From: Desulfobacterium sp.
GTDB lineage: Bacteria; Desulfobacterota; Desulfobacteria; Desulfobacterales; Desulfobacteraceae
Length of the DNA: 64,000 nt
Assembly (NCBI GenBank): GCA_030145245.1
Contig: JAQYWC010000070.1
Span: 6,040 to 70,039, forward strand
Direction: 5' to 3'
Below the pieces are notes generated by a model. The model was given only the letters and a program-made list of their open reading frames with translations, did not search any database and was not told the origin of the DNA. Position numbers and translations under genes: made by a program. Each line of letters opens with the position of its first letter. Positions within the stretch are counted from its first letter, which is position 1. Shown here one piece after another: positions 54,848-64,000 of the stretch.

Positions 54848-55828
54848 ATGATCCGCCAGAGAGGCCTTTTAAAGGCAATGCCACCGGTGAATATTTATGT
54901 AATCCCCGGTGAAAACGGCCTTATCTTTGATGCCGGTTACGGCAACCGGGCCGCCATTGATCAGCTTGCAGCCGGTCTGAGCCGGATAGAAGCCATATGC
55001 AGAAAACGATCGGTCCCGTTTAATATCACCCGAATCATCCCGAGCCACACCCATCCCGACCATTTTTCCGGTCTTGTTAAGATAAGGAAACGATTCGGCA
55101 CAGCCATCGTCCTCACCGAGGAGATGGCCGGGATACTCCGTACAAAAGAAAGCTATGGTAAAACCTACCAGAACCAAGGATCGGGGAAGTACTATTTTCC
55201 GGCCTCCCCGTTGAAAAGAGTCCTTGCAGATTTTTCCGCACAATCCGTTGAGCAGATTTTTGACAGATTCTACTTTTCCGGGTTCATCCCCAGCCCCGAC
55301 ATGGTTATTAAATCCCGTACAACCATAAGGATTAACCAGCGTCAGTGGGAGATATTCCCGTCACCCGGCCACTGCGAAGACCATATCTCCCTGTATGATC
55401 CCGAAGCAGGAATACTTTTTTCGGGGGACAATGTTTTGCGGACCATCACCCCCTGGCTGGGGCCTCCGCGGTCGAGCCTCACACAATATGTAAATTCCCT
55501 TGAAAGGCTGTCTGAGCTTCCCGGTCTCAAGCTTATTCTTGCCGCCCACGGCAGTCCCGTGACTGACCCCAAAGAAAGAATCAGGGAACTTATAGAGTGG
55601 CGGCGACAGCGAATTGCCGGCACACTTGAAATCATAGACAAAAGCGGGCCAAAGGGTGTCACCCTGGCAAAGTTGCTGAAAACCCTTTACAGGGGAAAAG
55701 GACGGGATAAGTTTTTTCTGGCAGAGGGCTGGGTATGCCTCACCCTGGATCATCTTCTGGAAACAGGCGTCATAAGATCCTTTCAGCACAATAAAGGACT
55801 CAGGTTCTCAATCAATAAGTCGTTATGA
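54848..55828 (+). CDS. MBL-fold metallo-hydrolase
   Basis: The HxHxDH motif is SHTHPDH. Downstream His and Asp ligands are present. Confidence 0.8.
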   Translation: MIRQRGLLKAMPPVNIYVIPGENGLIFDAGYGNRAAIDQLAAGLSRIEAICRKRSVPFNITRIIPSHTHPDHFSGLVKIRKRFGTAIVLTEEMAGILRTKESYGKTYQNQGSGKYYFPASPLKRVLADFSAQSVEQIFDRFYFSGFIPSPDMVIKSRTTIRINQRQWEIFPSPGHCEDHISLYDPEAGILFSGDNVLRTITPWLGPPRSSLTQYVNSLERLSELPGLKLILAAHGSPVTDPKERIRELIEWRRQRIAGTLEIIDKSGPKGVTLAKLLKTLYRGKGRDKFFLAEGWVCLTLDHLLETGVIRSFQHNKGLRFSINKSL

Positions 55829-55854
55829 ACACCCAGCCTTTTGCAATGGTGGTG

Positions 55855-57030
55855 TTAAACCTTCCGGCTCATTTCCGGCAACCGGATCCGTGTTTTTATG
55901 AAAAACCACAAAACAGAAGCCGCACTTCCTGTGACAACGGCCAGGATTCCCAGAAACAACACCTTGTTCTCCCAGTCGAGGGAGACCGCAGCCATTGCCC
56001 CGGCCCCCAGCATAAAGTAAATAAAAACAAGCAGTGAGGATGCCGCCCCCGCATCCTCCCGGACCTGTTCCAAAGCCAGATTATTGGCCGAAGGACGGCT
56101 GATCCCGAGGCAAAATGAGATCAGGCCCATGGGAACAGCAAGCGCCCAGGGGCCTGTAAAGATGGACAGGGCCATGGCAACACCTCCGGCGGTCAGGCCT
56201 GCAAAGCCCAGGGACATCATGGCCACACTGCCGATGCGGGGGCCCAACCGGACGCAGAACATGGCCCCTGCCATAAAAGAGAGGGCATTGGCTCCGAAAA
56301 ACAGCGCAAAGGCATTTTCACTGAGACGGTACTGGGAAATATAAATGCTGGACGAGGCGGCAATAAATCCAAAATAGGGAAGCCCCACCAAAGAGGTGCA
56401 GGCAACCACGGACATAAATCGACCGTTGGCAAGGATCCGGCCGTAGCTTTTCACAAGCTCTTTTACCGGAACCTCCTCGGGATCGGGGTGGGATTCGGGA
56501 GTAAAGATCACACCTATAAGAGCCACCACCCCCATCATTCCCTGGGCTACGAAAATCCACGGCCAGGTAAAACGGGTAATCATCAGGCTCCCTATCAAGG
56601 GGGCGACCATGGGCGCCAGGGCCATGATCACCGACACATACCCCATGACCGCCTCCCTTTCCCTGGCTTCCAGGCGATCCTTGATAATTGCCATGGATAT
56701 GGCCGATGCCGATGCCGCTCCGCCAGCCTGGACGATACGTGCAGCAATCAGCATTTCGATTCCGGTTGAGGCAGCACAGAGAAAACTCCCCGCCATGAAA
56801 ATGAGGATGCCTGTGATCAACGGCGGCCGGCGGCCAAACCGGTCGGAAAGAGGCCCGTAAATCAAAAGGCAGATACAGTAGACGGCAAAAAAGAGTACCA
56901 GGGTCAGGTTGATTATGGCCAGTGGCTGATTCCAGAGGTTTTGGAGTAACGGGATGGCCGGCAGATACATGTCGGTGGACAATGGTGGAAATGCCGCTAA
57001 AACGGCGAGTAACATAATAAATCGAATCAT
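55855..57030 (-). CDS. MFS transporter, Bcr/CflA drug-resistance subfamily
   Basis: It has 12 predicted hydrophobic segments. The N-terminal block is LSTDMYLPAIP and the loop motif is GPLSDRFGRRP. Confidence 0.85.
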   Translation of the reverse strand: MIRFIMLLAVLAAFPPLSTDMYLPAIPLLQNLWNQPLAIINLTLVLFFAVYCICLLIYGPLSDRFGRRPPLITGILIFMAGSFLCAASTGIEMLIAARIVQAGGAASASAISMAIIKDRLEAREREAVMGYVSVIMALAPMVAPLIGSLMITRFTWPWIFVAQGMMGVVALIGVIFTPESHPDPEEVPVKELVKSYGRILANGRFMSVVACTSLVGLPYFGFIAASSSIYISQYRLSENAFALFFGANALSFMAGAMFCVRLGPRIGSVAMMSLGFAGLTAGGVAMALSIFTGPWALAVPMGLISFCLGISRPSANNLALEQVREDAGAASSLLVFIYFMLGAGAMAAVSLDWENKVLFLGILAVVTGSAASVLWFFIKTRIRLPEMSRKV

Positions 57031-57111
57031 GGAAAAACGAATAGACTCCTTATACGGTCGGTGTTCTGTTTTCGTAAATGAATTAACTAATAATTCAAAA
57101 AAACAGGCCCA

Positions 57112-57558
57112 TCAATTCCCGGTGTTGATGATGAGCTGCCTCAACACGGTTTTAAAAATTTGCAGATCATTGTCGGAAACACCCTGGGCGGCTTCGTGGA
57201 GGTTTTCCTTTGCAACACGAATCATGGCCTCCTTAATCTCTTTTCCCTGGGGGGTGAGAAATATCCGGTTGCTCCGCCCATCGTTGGGGTCTGGTGTACG
57301 CATGACAAGGCCTTTTTTTTCAAGTCCTCCGATCAACTTAAATACGGCAACCTTGCTGCGGCTGATCAGGTTGGCCAGGGCCTGTTGGGACAGCCCGTCT
57401 TCGTTCATCAGGGGAACCATAACAGCCCACTGCTCGGAAGTGACATCCAGCCCGGCATCGAAGAATTTTTTATTGAGCCTCTGCCTTAGCTGCTGGGCCG
57501 CAGTGGCCATAAGCCAGCCATAGGACTCATCTATATCGTAGGCCATGTTTTTCTTCAT
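57112..57558 (-). CDS. MarR-family transcriptional regulator, upstream of the MFS gene
   Basis: The winged-HTH region is LDVTSEQWAVMVPL...LSQQALANLISRSKVAVFKLIGGLEKKGLVMRTPDPNDGRSNRIFLT. Confidence 0.85.
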   Translation of the reverse strand: MKKNMAYDIDESYGWLMATAAQQLRQRLNKKFFDAGLDVTSEQWAVMVPLMNEDGLSQQALANLISRSKVAVFKLIGGLEKKGLVMRTPDPNDGRSNRIFLTPQGKEIKEAMIRVAKENLHEAAQGVSDNDLQIFKTVLRQLIINTGN

Positions 57559-57582
57559 GGATCTTCCCCTGTTTCAGTTACA

Positions 57583-57603
57583 ATTATAGTTAACGGGTTA
57601 ACT
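57583..57603 (-). promoter_or_regulatory. Candidate marR promoter -10 box abutting a palindromic operator
   Basis: The minus-strand TATAAT (57583-57588) is immediately adjacent to the perfect inverted repeat AGTTAAC-gg-GTTAACT (57588-57603). It lies 25-45 nt upstream of the marR ATG. Confidence 0.45.
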
Positions 57604-57683
57604 ACACGATCTCCTTATATCAAATACCTCCCCAAGTAGAAACACTTAAAGCAAAAAGGTTTTCTGATTCTCTTGCCCAAATA

Positions 57684-57711
57684 ACGCGAAAATCAAAGCT
57701 AAGAAGCTAAA
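57684..57711. repeat. 28-bp inverted-repeat element, right copy
   Basis: acgcgaaaatcaaagctaagaagctaaa. See 51614-51641. Confidence 0.9.
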
Positions 57712-57907
57712 GAGGCTCCTGTTGTTTGACATGGGTGTGCGGGTATGGCAAAATAAAAACTCTGCAATCACTTACAAAATGGGACACCCCACTCCCCTTC
57801 CCATCTCTTCGTGTCCCCGTTACAATCGGCAGCCCCGGTGGGATCGCCCCCCCGGCGAACTGTTCAAATACCGATGACGAGCCCCTACTTATAAAAGGGA
57901 TCAAACC

Positions 57908-58660
57908 ATGAAAAACCATTCCGAGACGTCAAAGACCGTCTACTATTTCGGGACCTGTCTTGCAGACATGGTCTACCCCCAGGCCGGCATGTGCGGCATC
58001 AAACTGCTTCAGCGCGAAGGCATCCGCGTGATCTATCCGCAAAGTCAGACCTGCTGCGGCCAGCCTGCCTACAACTCCGGCTTTCCCAGTGAAGCCAAAG
58101 AGGTGGCCCTCACCCAGGTGAGGATCTTCTCCGGAAGCAGCGCCCCGGTGATCGTCCCCTCGGGCTCCTGTGCCGGTATGATGAAATACCATTACCCTGC
58201 CCTGTTCCGGGACGATCCCGAGTACTTCGAGGTGAAAAAATTTTCCGACCGGATCTATGAACTGACCCAGTACCTCAACAGCGTCCTCCATGCCCGGTAT
58301 GAGGACAAAGGGCCCCCCATCCGGCTCACCTGGCACTCATCCTGCCATGCCATGCGCGAAATGGAGTGCACCGAAGATTCCAAGGCCCTGATCCGCCAGC
58401 TTGAAAACGTGGAGATGGTGGAGGTTGAAAATGAACATGAATGTTGCGGATTCGGCGGCACCTTCTCCGTTAAGCAGCCGGAAATATCCGCTGCCATGGT
58501 CCATGACAAGGCAGAGAACTTGAGGGCGACAGGGACTGAAAAATTCCTCACCGGGGACTGCGGGTGCATGATGAACATTAACGGGCATCTGGAAAAACAG
58601 AGATCCCCCATGAAAGGACAGCATATTGCTGAATTCATTCTGGAGAGAATCAATGGATAA
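57908..58660 (+). CDS. lutA: Lactate utilization protein A (LutA/YkgE, CCG-domain Fe-S oxidoreductase)
   Basis: It has two CCG-type motifs (TCCGQP, ECCGFGG). It is the first gene of a three-gene overlapping operon. Confidence 0.85.
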   Translation: MKNHSETSKTVYYFGTCLADMVYPQAGMCGIKLLQREGIRVIYPQSQTCCGQPAYNSGFPSEAKEVALTQVRIFSGSSAPVIVPSGSCAGMMKYHYPALFRDDPEYFEVKKFSDRIYELTQYLNSVLHARYEDKGPPIRLTWHSSCHAMREMECTEDSKALIRQLENVEMVEVENEHECCGFGGTFSVKQPEISAAMVHDKAENLRATGTEKFLTGDCGCMMNINGHLEKQRSPMKGQHIAEFILERING

Positions 58661-60083
58661 CCAAAGTAAGTTCAACTTTAAGCATAATGTTGAAAAAGGC
58701 CTGGCAGACAGCGAACTCCGCTCCAACCTGAAGTTCGCAACAAACACCCTCCGGGCCAAGAGAAAGGCACTGTTTGCAGACCCCGAAGAGACACATGCCT
58801 TGAGAGAAACGGGCAGAAATATCAAAGCCCGGGTTCTCTCCAGGCTTCCCAAGCTCCTTGGGAAGCTTGAAAAAAATTGCATCCGGAACGGCATCCGGGT
58901 CCACTGGGCGGAAACAACGGATGAAGCGAACCAGCTGGTACTCGAAATCATGGACAAACACGGGGCCGCCAAAATGGTCAAAGGAAAATCCATGGTGTCC
59001 GAGGAGATGCACCTGAACAGCTTTCTTGAAAAAAAAGGAAAAACGCCCCTTGAAACAGACCTCGGTGAATTTATCATCCAGCTGAATAACGAGCCCCCCT
59101 CCCATATCATTGTGCCTGCAGTCCACAAAAACCGCAGGCAGATCGCCCGGATCTTCGCCGACAAAATCCCAGGCGCCACCTATACCGAAGATGTGGACAC
59201 CCTCTTGAAAACCGCCCGGAAAATTCTCCGGGAACATTACAGAACCGCCCATATCGGCCTCTCCGGCGTCAATTTCGCCGTGGCAGAGACCGGGACCCTC
59301 TGCCTGGTGGAAAATGAGGGCAACGGCCGCATGTGCACAACTGTGCCTCCGGTTCACGTGGCCCTGATGGGGCTTGAAAAAGTGGTGGAGAAATTGGAAG
59401 ACGTCCCCCCCCTATACCGGCTTCTCTGCGGTTCGGCAACGGGCCAGAGAATCACCACCTATTTTAACATGATCACCGGACCCCGGAAAAAGGGGGAAAG
59501 GGACGGCCCCACCGAAGTACATCTCATTATCCTGGATAACGGCCGTTCGAAAATACTGGCCGATGGCCAGCTCCAGGAGACTCTCCGCTGCATCCGCTGC
59601 GGCACCTGCCTGAACCACTGCCCGGTCTACACCCGCATCGGAGGCCATGCCTACCAATCCACCTACCCGGGCCCCATCGGGACCATCCTCATGCCCCAGC
59701 TGGAGGGCCTGGACAAAAAAGGCGCACTGGTCACGGCCTCCTCCCTGTGCAATGCCTGCGAGGAGGTGTGCCCGGTGATGATTCCCATTCCCGAGCTGAT
59801 ACGGCGCTTGCGGAATGAACACTGGGATATGGATAAAAAAGGTGTGCTCAAAGGCCGGGGATCCAAGAAAAGCATACTGGAAGCCCTTGTCTGGAAAACA
59901 TGGAAATTCACCTGCACCATCCCTTGGATCAACAGAATCCAGCTGAAACTCATGGGCCTGTCAGGCGGGTTCCTCCCGGAAATCGGTCCCCTGAAAGCCT
60001 GGACATCGGTTCGAACCAAACCCGTTTTCTCAAAAAAAAGCCTGAAGGATCTCGCCAAAAAGGAGGGCATTCGTCATGGGTAA
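58653..60083 (+). CDS. lutB: Lactate utilization protein B (LutB/YkgF, 4Fe-4S binding)
   Basis: It has a LUD-like domain plus CIRCGTCLNHCPVY and a second CxxCxxxCP cluster. ATG 58653 overlaps the lutA stop by 8 nt and is preceded by GGAGAG. Confidence 0.85.
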   Translation: MDNQSKFNFKHNVEKGLADSELRSNLKFATNTLRAKRKALFADPEETHALRETGRNIKARVLSRLPKLLGKLEKNCIRNGIRVHWAETTDEANQLVLEIMDKHGAAKMVKGKSMVSEEMHLNSFLEKKGKTPLETDLGEFIIQLNNEPPSHIIVPAVHKNRRQIARIFADKIPGATYTEDVDTLLKTARKILREHYRTAHIGLSGVNFAVAETGTLCLVENEGNGRMCTTVPPVHVALMGLEKVVEKLEDVPPLYRLLCGSATGQRITTYFNMITGPRKKGERDGPTEVHLIILDNGRSKILADGQLQETLRCIRCGTCLNHCPVYTRIGGHAYQSTYPGPIGTILMPQLEGLDKKGALVTASSLCNACEEVCPVMIPIPELIRRLRNEHWDMDKKGVLKGRGSKKSILEALVWKTWKFTCTIPWINRIQLKLMGLSGGFLPEIGPLKAWTSVRTKPVFSKKSLKDLAKKEGIRHG

Positions 60084-60738
60084 ACCAAACAGCCGTGAAA
60101 ATATCTTCTCCCGCCTTAACAAGGCCGTCCGCACAGTCCCTGCATGGTACCCCGACCCCAGCCCCTGGGAACCCGCCCGGCTCACCCCAAAAGAACGAAT
60201 CTCCCAGTTCAAAGAGCTGATGACCGCAGGGAGGTCCGAGGTCTATCCGGTCAAAGGTGACGAATGGGTGGCCCAGTTGAAGAAGATCCTCCACGAACGC
60301 CGGATAAACACCCTGACCTACGGGCCGGAGACTGAAATCGGAAAAGTCCTGGCCACAGAATGGGAAACAAACGACGGTTCAACCCGTCTGATCCCCTGGA
60401 ACAACACGATTGAAACCTTTCGGGACGAACTCTTTAAAATCGATGCGGGCATCACATCCACCATGGGAGGGATCGCCGACGGGGCCGCCCTGATCCTCTG
60501 GCCCACCCCGGAAGAGCCCCGCCTGCTCTCCCTCGTCCCCCCTGTACATTTCGCCCTGGTCAGGGCCGATAAGATTTTCGCCTCATTCACCGAAGCGATT
60601 AAAAAACTGGACTGGGCGAAAAAGGCGCCCACCAACAGCCTCCTGATCTCCGGTCCATCCCGGACTGCAGACATCGAAATGATCCTCCAGTTCGGGGTTC
60701 ACGGCCCCACGGACCTGATCGTCCTGGTTGTCGAATGA
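60076..60738 (+). CDS. lutC: Lactate utilization protein C (LutC/YkgG, LUD domain)
   Basis: 220 aa. It overlaps the lutB stop by 8 nt. The LUD-domain pattern is ITSTMGGIADGAALIL... Confidence 0.8.
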   Translation: MGKPNSRENIFSRLNKAVRTVPAWYPDPSPWEPARLTPKERISQFKELMTAGRSEVYPVKGDEWVAQLKKILHERRINTLTYGPETEIGKVLATEWETNDGSTRLIPWNNTIETFRDELFKIDAGITSTMGGIADGAALILWPTPEEPRLLSLVPPVHFALVRADKIFASFTEAIKKLDWAKKAPTNSLLISGPSRTADIEMILQFGVHGPTDLIVLVVE

Positions 60739-60845
60739 GCTGAAAACCACCGGGTGTCCCTGTTCTGACTGCCATGGGATTTCCGGCCACCAGGGAAGCC
60801 GAGGGGCGACGAATCCGGGGCCAGCACAAAAAAACAATTTTTAGC

Positions 60846-60874
60846 TTGATTTTATTCAACTTTTCATATAGTAT
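60846..60874 (+). promoter_or_regulatory. Sigma-70-like promoter of the cold-shock gene, implying a ~140-nt 5' UTR
   Basis: TTGATT, a 17-nt spacer, then TAGTAT. Long leaders are typical of cspA-type genes. Confidence 0.45.
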
Positions 60875-61018
60875 GCTTTTCATTATGTAGCAAGTTTCTA
60901 ATTTTGGGAACTTGCAAGTTTTGCACTTAAGGGAAGAACAATTGTCGAATAAGCACATCTGTGTGACAACTACCTCAAGTTTGAAACAATTAAACTTTAT
61001 TTCTTAGGAGATTGTCAC

Positions 61019-61219
61019 ATGGCTAACGGAACAGTAAAATGGTTTAACGATTCAAAGGGTTTTGGTTTTATCGAGCAAGAGAACGGAGAGGATCTTTTCG
61101 TTCATCACTCAAGCATCAACGCCTCTGGTTTCAAATCCCTTAATGAAGGAGACAAGGTAACCTTTGATATAGAGCAAGGTCAGAAAGGCCCTGCTGCAGC
61201 TAACGTTACCGTAGTATAG
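61019..61219 (+). CDS. cspA: Cold-shock protein (CspA family)
   Basis: [15 protein letters not shown] (RNP1) and DLFVHHS (RNP2). 66 aa. AGGAG is upstream. Confidence 0.95.
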   Translation: MANGTVKWFNDSKGFGFIEQENGEDLFVHHSSINASGFKSLNEGDKVTFDIEQGQKGPAAANVTVV

Positions 61220-61286
61220 TACACGCATGCTGCCTTAAAACGGTTTGACCCTTATGGATTAAGCTGATTTTAAGTGAATATATTAG

Positions 61287-61330
61287 AAAAAGCCCCTTTG
61301 ATTAATTTCATTGGGGCTTTTTTGTTTTTG
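61287..61330 (+). terminator. Rho-independent terminator of csp
   Basis: The stem aaaagcccc / ggggctttt is followed by a T-rich run (tttttttgttttt). Confidence 0.8.
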
Positions 61331-61374
61331 GAGTTTTACCCCCGACATACAGATTCCTGATGCAAGTCCCCCAT

Positions 61375-62079
61375 CTACACCCCATCTACACCGTACTCGC
61401 CTCTCAAGGGCACATAGAGCACCTCGCAGATCACCTTACTTCTGATCTGCTTCCCCCTTTTTTCAAGCAGGACAAGATTCTGGGTTCCCTGTTCAACAAC
61501 GGGTGCAATCAGCCTTCCCCCCGTACATAGCTGCTCGATCAGTGGACGCGGAATCCCGGAGCATGCCGCTGTTACACAAATTCTGTCATAGGGAGAAAAC
61601 TCAGGGTAGCCGATCCCCCCGTCTCCCAGCACAAGGACAGTATCATCGTACCCTGCCACTTCGAGATTCTCCCTTGCAAACTCAAAGGTCACGGGATCGA
61701 TATCAATGGATACCACCAGCCCCTCAGACCCGACAATCTCCCTGGCGATGGCGGTACCATAGCCCGACCCGAGCCCGACCTCGAGAAATCTGTGCCCCCT
61801 GTCAAGCCCCAGGGGTTCATAAAAAAGGGGATAACTGTGGGGGCATGAGATGGTTGCCATTTTTCCGGGAAGCGGCAGAGGCACCTCGGTGTAGGCATAA
61901 TCCCTGAAAAGACTGGGGATAAAATTTTCCCTTGGGACCTTCTGCATGGCCTGCCTGATACGGTCAGAGACGAGATATCCCCAATCGGTAAGTTCTCTCA
62001 GCTTATCCGCCCTCTCTTTCTCGAATTCATCCCTGAGTTTAACCGGCGACCTGGGGAGTGGTATTGTCCAGCCTTGCAT
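61375..62079 (-). CDS. pcm: Protein-L-isoaspartate O-methyltransferase-like SAM methyltransferase
   Basis: Pre-region PRENFIP, SAM motif LEVGLGSGYGTAI and post-I motif VVSIDI. GGAGAGG is upstream of the ATG. Confidence 0.75.
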   Translation of the reverse strand: MQGWTIPLPRSPVKLRDEFEKERADKLRELTDWGYLVSDRIRQAMQKVPRENFIPSLFRDYAYTEVPLPLPGKMATISCPHSYPLFYEPLGLDRGHRFLEVGLGSGYGTAIAREIVGSEGLVVSIDIDPVTFEFARENLEVAGYDDTVLVLGDGGIGYPEFSPYDRICVTAACSGIPRPLIEQLCTGGRLIAPVVEQGTQNLVLLEKRGKQIRSKVICEVLYVPLRGEYGVDGV

Positions 62080-62556
62080 TTTTATGACCTCTCCAAAAGT
62101 TTTTTATTGAAAGGTAATGATCCGGGCTCTGCCAGAGAGCGGGGACCATCATTCTTCAATGATATCAACTTTCTCCCCGAGATACTACACTCTTTAGAAA
62201 AGAGTAACACCATGAATAAAAAAAGGACCACGACCTTGTTCGCAGAATGACAAAGGTCAATCCGAGACGAAAATGAAATCATCCCTTGATATTTTTGGTT
62301 TGATTGGATATGGACTAATTATCATTGTGCGACACCTCAAGCGAATTTCATAATCCGAACACGAAACCGTATCCTGTTAATAACTGCTCAAATTCATAAT
62401 CGGTGTACCGTATTTCCGTTGTTGGCCAAAGGCCATGACGTTTATATGAAGTTCTTCTCCCAAATGCCAAAGGAGGTGATATTTTCAACCGATTAAATTC
62501 GTCCATTCACCGTTTCAGTCTTTTTCCACAACATCACATTACCTAAGGAGATTTAC

Positions 62557-62934
62557 ATGAAAAAATCAATCTTGTTTTCTTTTGTACTGTTTGTCGGACT
62601 ATGTTGCGCAACATACAGCTTTGCAGCAAACAAAAAAGCGATCGAAAAAGCTGTCTCCTCCGTCACCATTGAAGGTGTCTACAATGCTAAAGCCTGTGAA
62701 GCCAAAGCACCGGAAGGTCTGTACATCTTTGTTATGGAAATGAACGGAAAACTGCTGATACATCCCAGTAAAGATGCCATAAAAGATTTGAGCACGCCAA
62801 AATATAAAGTCATTTATGATGAATTGATAAAAGCCACATCAGATGGCGTCTGGGTTCAATACCAGTGGAAGGGCAAAGAAAAAAATACCTTTGTAAAAAA
62901 GGCTGGAATAAAAATCGTCGGGTGCGGGTACTAA
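62557..62934 (+). CDS. Small secreted protein, possibly a single Cache-like domain
   Basis: The signal peptide is MKKSILFSFVLFVGLCCATYSFA. AAGGAG is upstream. The pattern G.YIFV....G..L.HP resembles an sCache fold. This is a weak call. Confidence 0.5.
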   Translation: MKKSILFSFVLFVGLCCATYSFAANKKAIEKAVSSVTIEGVYNAKACEAKAPEGLYIFVMEMNGKLLIHPSKDAIKDLSTPKYKVIYDELIKATSDGVWVQYQWKGKEKNTFVKKAGIKIVGCGY

Positions 62935-62993
62935 CGTACATGCCCTGAAAAGTACAATAAATAATGAACGCTTATAAGATAAAAACGCAGATC

Positions 62994-63037
62994 GATGTGA
63001 TCTCCTGAAGCCTGAAGACAAGGAGATCACATCGACC
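62994..63037. other. Perfect 15-bp hairpin in the convergent intergenic region
   Basis: tcgatgtgatctcct (62994-63008) pairs with aggagatcacatcga (63023-63037) around a 14-nt loop. On the minus strand it is followed by cugcguuuuua. Confidence 0.4.
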
Positions 63038-63209
63038 TGTCCACCAACGGTTTGCGAAAGGGAAAATATCCTATTTTTTTTAGCGGATTGACCGGAACCA
63101 AGAATCCGCCGAATTTCCGTGGCCATCTGTTTCACTGACCTTTCCGCAGCTCTGCTGTCAAATGAGGGATTTCACCCCACAGGCATTTGCCACCATCCCG
63201 GCTGGGGGG

Positions 63210-64000
63210 TTAACCCGGCTCGGTCATGAGGGCGGCCTTGACCTCTTTGGCTGCGGTTTCGGTCATGCCGGGAAGACTTGCCAGCTCTTCCACACTTGCC
63301 TGGCGCATGCGGGTGATGCCCTTGAAGGCGGTCATCAGCACCTGCTTTCTCTTTTTCCCGATGCCCGGCACCGCGTCCAGCACCGAGGTGCCGGCCCGCC
63401 TTGAGCGCCGTTTTCTCTGGAAGGTGATGGCAAACCTGTGGGCCTCGTCCCTGAGCCGCTGGAGGAGATAGAGGGCCTTGAGGGCCCCCCGGGTGTTCAC
63501 CGGGTTGGCCCGGCCGGGGAGATATATCTTGTCGTGCTCCTCCCCCTTTTCCGCATCCCGCTTGGCAAGGCCTGCCACATAAAACCGGTCTTCAAGCCCG
63601 AGCTCTTTGAGCACGCCCATGGCCATGGAGAGCTGGCCTTTGCCGCCGTCCACCACCAGGAGATCCGGCAGGGGCGCGTCGGTGTTGGAGAGCCTCCGGG
63701 TGAGCACCTCGGTCATGTAGGCGTAATCGTCCTGCTCCGGCACATCCCGTATGATGAACTTCCGGTATTCGGACTTGTCCGGGACACCGTTGATAAAGAC
63801 CACCATGGAAGAGACCGGATCCATGCCGGCGATGTTGGAGTTGTCATAACATTCGATCCGTTTGGGAGAGACCGGCATCCTCAGGATGGTCTGGAGCATC
63901 TCCAGGGTGTCCTTGGCCTCGGTTTCGCTGGAGAGCACCTTTTCAAGCTCTTTTTTTGCATTGACCAGGGCCATCTCCACGAGCCGGCGCTTCTCCCCCC
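63210..64000 (-). CDS. uvrC: Excinuclease ABC subunit C, C-terminal part. The gene continues beyond the window end.
   Basis: The endonuclease block is CYDNSNIAGMDPVSSMVVF. GGKGQL, RDEAHRFAITF and the C-terminal (HhH)2 block VPGIGKKRKQVLM are also present. The frame stays open to position 64000. Confidence 0.9.
   Translation of the reverse strand, partial: GEKRRLVEMALVNAKKELEKVLSSETEAKDTLEMLQTILRMPVSPKRIECYDNSNIAGMDPVSSMVVFINGVPDKSEYRKFIIRDVPEQDDYAYMTEVLTRRLSNTDAPLPDLLVVDGGKGQLSMAMGVLKELGLEDRFYVAGLAKRDAEKGEEHDKIYLPGRANPVNTRGALKALYLLQRLRDEAHRFAITFQRKRRSRRAGTSVLDAVPGIGKKRKQVLMTAFKGITRMRQASVEELASLPGMTETAAKEVKAALMTEPG

Noticed and set aside
1-64000. I searched for CRISPR arrays, rRNA or tRNA genes, integrases, transposases and prophage genes.
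   Set aside because: I saw no regularly spaced direct repeats, no rRNA-like or cloverleaf-forming sequences, and no integrase or transposase signatures on visual inspection of either strand. A computational scan (tRNAscan, Infernal, CRISPR finders) would be needed to be definitive.

Overview
The window is 64 kb of chromosomal DNA. Its gene content looks like an anaerobic, probably sulfate-reducing, Desulfobacterota-type bacterium: Ni-CODH cooF-cooS with a CooA regulator, a PEP-CTERM protein behind a sigma-54 promoter, DUF3365 heme-c sensors and an apparent selenoprotein. This taxonomic guess is inference only.

Gene content along the window:
- **1-11.4 kb, signalling cluster:** a heme-PAS sensor with a Cys-rich tail, a FIST-PP2C phosphatase and two GGDEF cyclases. 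HxlR, Fe-ADH and two GNAT genes sit in between.
- **11.4-14.6 kb, AT-rich islet:** orphan membrane proteins and a decayed LysE gene.
- **14.8-25.3 kb:** recD2, a binding protein, a PEP-CTERM protein, a kinase and trmH, followed by a grx(Sec)-LOG-methyltransferase-esterase gene string.
- **25.3-34.7 kb, mosaic segment:** it is bracketed by two roughly 85% identical esterase paralogs. It carries MarR, a frameshifted ICMT gene, a lone molybdopterin oxidoreductase, a MarR/ferredoxin remnant and a luxP-luxQ-pfs cluster.
- **35.5-38.1 kb:** a periplasmic CCP / Tat-metallophosphoesterase / cytochrome c module.
- **38.1-51.6 kb:** cooA-cooS-cooF, capA, a HAD+GDPD lipoprotein, purM, purL, LysR and a SEC-C protein.
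- **51.9-64 kb:** DUF2914 with a cdaA-ybbR fusion, a 2-hydroxyacid dehydrogenase, an MBL hydrolase, MFS+MarR, lutABC, csp, pcm and the 3' part of uvrC.

The most notable findings:
1. A Vibrio-type LuxP/LuxQ AI-2 receptor pair sits next to pfs in a non-Vibrio context.
2. A glutaredoxin-like gene has an in-frame TGA at the active-site position. It is invisible to the ORF track.
3. The LuxPQ-containing segment is flanked by 765-bp direct repeats and contains several decayed genes.
4. A sensor protein has a conserved-looking CxxC...H-x-C-x2-C tail as its only candidate output.

Many long ORFs in the track lie antisense to GC-rich genes and were not called.
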